The notes beneath the pieces were generated by a model. The model did no database searches and was not told the DNA's origin. It saw only the letters and a program-made list of their open reading frames with translations. Below are positions 61,126-64,000 of a stretch of DNA of 64,000 nt, piece after piece. This stretch comes from an uncultured Solibacteraceae bacterium. Its GTDB lineage: Bacteria > Acidobacteriota > Terriglobia > Bryobacterales > Bryobacteraceae. How positions within the stretch are numbered: the stretch's first letter is position 1; each line of letters starts with the position of its first letter. Location: NCBI GenBank assembly GCA_964430625.1, contig CAYSFR010000003.1:329266-393265 (forward strand). Reading direction: 5' to 3'. Both the position numbers and the translations under genes were made by a program.

Positions 61126-62065
61126 TTTCTCCCTCCCGATCGGTTGCCGAGGACAACAGCGTGCGGTAGCAAAGCGAGACCGCGGCGAGGGCGACGGCCG
61201 GGGCAGCGAGCCAGGGTGCGCGTGTCAGGGCGTCGAACCGGGCATAGGCCGCGAGCATGGTTCCCCAGCTTGCCGCCGGTTCGCCCAACCCCAACCCCAG
61301 GAAGGAAAGAGTGACCTCTGCCATCACAAACTGGGGAATCGCAAGACAGAGGAACTCGGCGACCGTGGGCCACACCGGCGGCAGAATGTGGCGGGTGAGG
61401 ATGTAGGCGTGTCCGGCGCCAAATCCGCGCGCGGCCGCAACGTAGTGTCGTTCTCTCAGGCTCAGCACCATTCCCCTCACGAGTTTCGCAGGCCGAGGCC
61501 AGCCGGCAAGAGCCAGTACTCCCAGAAGTCCGGCCAGTACGGCAGGTGGACTGGCGTCCAGCGGAAGCAAGGCTCTGGCACCGAGCAGCAGATAGAGCCA
61601 CGGTAACGAGAGAAATATGTCCGCGGAATACATGACTAACCCGTCTTTCCATCCAGAGAAGTACCCGGCGAGCAATCCGAGTGCCATTCCCAGGAATGCG
61701 GCCAATGCGGCGGCAATTACACCGGAAAACAGGGAGATTCGGGCTCCATGGAGCAGACGGGACCATTGATCGCGTCCGAGTGAATCCGTTCCTAGCAGGA
61801 AAATCTTACCCGGATCATCGACGGTAAAAAGGTGAAGGCCGCCGTTATCGCGGTGGAACCATCGCAGGGGAAATTCGGTGACTCCGTTTCCAGTCTCGAT
61901 GGTGGCTAGCGGGATCAATCCGTGGAATACGATCCGTGTGGGAGGGGAGAAGGCGTGTTCTCTGTGCTGGGTTGCCGGCCCGTACGGTCCGAGGAATTCC
62001 GCCAGCGCCGCCGCGGTGTGAACCAGAAGGAGGAGCCAGAGGGATAGCTTTGCTCCGCCCGTCAT
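61112..62065 (-). CDS. ABC transporter permease (DppC/OppC-like)
   Basis: 317 aa, polytopic. The region LGTDSLGRDQWSRLLHGARISL is typical of the family. Confidence 0.85.
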   Translation of the reverse strand: MTGGAKLSLWLLLLVHTAAALAEFLGPYGPATQHREHAFSPPTRIVFHGLIPLATIETGNGVTEFPLRWFHRDNGGLHLFTVDDPGKIFLLGTDSLGRDQWSRLLHGARISLFSGVIAAALAAFLGMALGLLAGYFSGWKDGLVMYSADIFLSLPWLYLLLGARALLPLDASPPAVLAGLLGVLALAGWPRPAKLVRGMVLSLRERHYVAAARGFGAGHAYILTRHILPPVWPTVAEFLCLAIPQFVMAEVTLSFLGLGLGEPAASWGTMLAAYARFDALTRAPWLAAPAVALAAVSLCYRTLLSSATDREGEIENG

Positions 62066-62970
62066 TGACAGTCCTTCCGGATCCGCGGGTCAGCGACGGC
62101 TAGCAGCAGGCCGACAGCAAGATTCGACCCGGCAAGCAGGCAGGCGGAGAGCACGACGCCAGCCAGGACAACGTGGTGGTCCCGGGCGGCGACGGACTCC
62201 AGCAGCAGGGGGCCGAGTCCCGGCCATCCCAGAACGACTTCGACAATGAGCGAAGCGCTGAGAAGCGAAGAGACCGAAAGGCCGAACAGGCTGATTAGCG
62301 GATTGGCGGCGGCGGGGAGAATATGCCCCACCCAAACGCGAAGGGGCGACAATCCGTGCGCGCGAGCACTCTCCACGAATGGTTCCCCCATCACCTGGCG
62401 GACGCTGGCAAAGGTGTGCCGATAGATCGCTGGAAACGAGATGAGCGCCAAGGTGAGGCCTGCCCCGGGCAGGCTTCCGCTCACGGCGATCCACTTCGTG
62501 TTGACGGCGGCGACCAGCATGAACAGGGCCAGGAGCAGGTCTGGAATCGCGACCAGAACTGAGACTACCAGGGCGCCCGCTCGACTGCCCCAGGACCCGG
62601 ACCGGGCGGCCGCCCAGGCGGCCAGCGGGACGCCGAGCAACCAAGCCCCCAATAGCCCGGTAAACGACAGCAGCGCCGTGTTCCGTACTCGGGGCCAGAG
62701 GAGTTCGGCCACCGGCCGGTTCCAGGTCAAAGACAGGCCAAAATCGCCCAGGAGGAGCGATCGGAGCCAGTGGAGCAGTCGATATGCCGGCGGCTGGTTC
62801 AAAGCGAATTCGTGCTGCAGTCGTTCGACCGTCGCAGCGGGGATAGAGGGGTTGGACTTCAAGTCGGTGAGGAAGTCTCCGGGGGCCGCCTCCAGCATCA
62901 AGAACGCCGCCACCGCGACGATGGTGACCATAGCGACGGCTTGCAGGACACGTACGGCGACGAACCTCAT
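62062..62970 (-). CDS. ABC transporter permease (DppB/OppB-like)
   Basis: 302 aa. Motifs: MRFVAVRVLQAVAMVTIV and FVESARAHGLSPLRVWVGHILP, an EAA-type loop. Confidence 0.85.
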   Translation of the reverse strand: MRFVAVRVLQAVAMVTIVAVAAFLMLEAAPGDFLTDLKSNPSIPAATVERLQHEFALNQPPAYRLLHWLRSLLLGDFGLSLTWNRPVAELLWPRVRNTALLSFTGLLGAWLLGVPLAAWAAARSGSWGSRAGALVVSVLVAIPDLLLALFMLVAAVNTKWIAVSGSLPGAGLTLALISFPAIYRHTFASVRQVMGEPFVESARAHGLSPLRVWVGHILPAAANPLISLFGLSVSSLLSASLIVEVVLGWPGLGPLLLESVAARDHHVVLAGVVLSACLLAGSNLAVGLLLAVADPRIRKDCQ

Positions 62971-63740
62971 TCCTCTGCCTCAATCAGCGCGCGGCTGGCC
63001 GGGTGGCGCGGAGATGTGAAGAAGTCTTTACAAGGTGCTGCTTCCACGACAGTGCCGCCAGACATCACTGCCATGCGCTGGGCAAGCCGGTGCACGCAGG
63101 AAAGGTCGTGGGTGATGGAGAGCATCGAAAATCGCCGGGATTGTTGGACGGTCAACAACAACTCGACGATACTCTCCCGGCTTTCCGGATCGAGGCCGCG
63201 CAGCGGTTCATCGAGAATCAGGAGCTCCAGGCCGTCGACGGAAAGAGCGCGGGCGATCGCTACGCGTTGTCTTTGACCACCGCTCAACTGATGGGGACGG
63301 AGGCGGAGGCAGTGTTCGGGCAGGCCCACGGAGAGCGCCATGGCAATGGCGTCCGCTTCCCGGCCGGAGCGCAGCGCGGGGCGGCGAAAGCGAAGGGGCT
63401 CTCCAATCAGTTCGCTGACGGTCCATCGCGGGTTTAGTGCGAGCGGGGAATCCTGGCGGACCATTTGGACGGATGGGTTGGGCCCCCCTTTTCCCGGCCA
63501 CAGCAGGTGTTCGTTCTTCCAGATCGTCCCGCTGGTCGGTTCCAGGAGGCCGGCAAGGCAAAGCGCCAGAGTCGTTTTCCCGGAGCCTGTCCGGCCGGCC
63601 AGAGCGGTGCGCGAGGCTGGCGGCAATGCGAGCGTGGCATCTCGCAGGGCCGGGGTGGCGGGCGCGGGCCGGTAACACTTTGCCAAATTCGCGACGCGAA
63701 AAGAAGGCGCGTTCACTGAGGCTCCAGGCGGCCTTCGCAA
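62967..63740 (-). CDS. ABC transporter ATP-binding protein (DppF/OppF-like)
   Basis: Walker A GRTGSGKTT, signature LSGGQRQRVAIARAL, Walker B LLILDEP. Confidence 0.85.
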   Translation of the reverse strand: MRRPPGASVNAPSFRVANLAKCYRPAPATPALRDATLALPPASRTALAGRTGSGKTTLALCLAGLLEPTSGTIWKNEHLLWPGKGGPNPSVQMVRQDSPLALNPRWTVSELIGEPLRFRRPALRSGREADAIAMALSVGLPEHCLRLRPHQLSGGQRQRVAIARALSVDGLELLILDEPLRGLDPESRESIVELLLTVQQSRRFSMLSITHDLSCVHRLAQRMAVMSGGTVVEAAPCKDFFTSPRHPASRALIEAEE

Positions 63741-64000
63741 AGGGCGAAAGCGCGGGAAGTGACACGCGCCAGGGCGCGCCGATTGTGGCTGATGAACAGG
63801 AGGGACAATCCGTGGCGGTCGCGGAGGTTGCGGAAGAGATCGAGTACTTCCCGCTGACCAATCGAATCGAGCGACGCGGCCGGTTCATCGGCGATCAAGA
63901 GGTCTGGACGGCAACAAACGGCGCGGGCCACGGCGGCCCGCTGTCGTTCTCCTCCGCTTAGTTGGTGGGGGAACGCCCCGGCAATGCGTTCCGGATCGTC
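63713..64000 (-). CDS. ABC transporter ATP-binding protein (DppD/OppD-like). The 5' end lies beyond the window.
   Basis: The frame is open up to nt 64000. It translates ...HQLSGGERQRAAVARAVCCRPDLLIADEPAASLD. Confidence 0.8.
   Translation of the reverse strand, partial: DDPERIAGAFPHQLSGGERQRAAVARAVCCRPDLLIADEPAASLDSIGQREVLDLFRNLRDRHGLSLLFISHNRRALARVTSRAFALCEGRLEPQ

Overview
This 64-kb window is almost fully coding. It is probably from a high-GC Acidobacteriota-like chromosome (Bryobacter/Solibacter type). That guess is an inference from family content only: a PEP-CTERM protein, a CarboxypepD_reg-type TonB receptor, a DUF1592/DUF1552 pair and a CadC-TolB fusion. I see no rRNA, tRNA, CRISPR array, integrase or transposase. 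The window falls into three blocks. (A) 1 to ~15.9 kb is a low-GC, single-strand, 13-gene surface-glycan island. It carries neuB-neuC-neuA (nonulosonic/sialic-acid pathway), a tail-fibre-like 'NTAVG' repeat protein, a Wzx flippase, a Wzy-like polymerase, several glycosyltransferases (GTs), an AsnB-like amidotransferase, an acetyltransferase and a GT-methyltransferase fusion. (B) ~15.9 to 33.8 kb is a very G-rich (+ strand) EPS/O-antigen block. It carries a bi-domain oxidoreductase, a heparinase II/III-like protein, WecB, a WbuB-like GT and a WecA-family initiating transferase. It also carries a PEP-CTERM protein, a second Wzy/O-antigen-ligase-like protein, a PEGA-repeat membrane protein, a sulfatase, a GT4 and a PQQ-like beta-propeller. 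(C) 33.9 to 64 kb is mixed. A sigma-54 enhancer-binding protein sits next to a near-consensus -24/-12 promoter that precedes a STAS / three alpha-beta-hydrolase / HD operon. The block also holds a Tat-signal SelA-like PLP enzyme, a CadC-TolB regulator, a TonB-dependent receptor and a DUF1592/DUF1552 pair. It ends with a tight ECF-sigma / TPR-CHAT protease / soluble anti-sigma-like / secreted S8 protease operon directly downstream of an Opp/Dpp-type ABC importer. The most interesting candidates are the ECF-sigma/TPR-CHAT module, the compositionally foreign nonulosonic-acid island with its tail-fibre-like protein, the sigma-54 hydrolase regulon, and the extreme strand asymmetry of block B. All calls come from reading the translations and the DNA by eye. 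No database search or computation was run.
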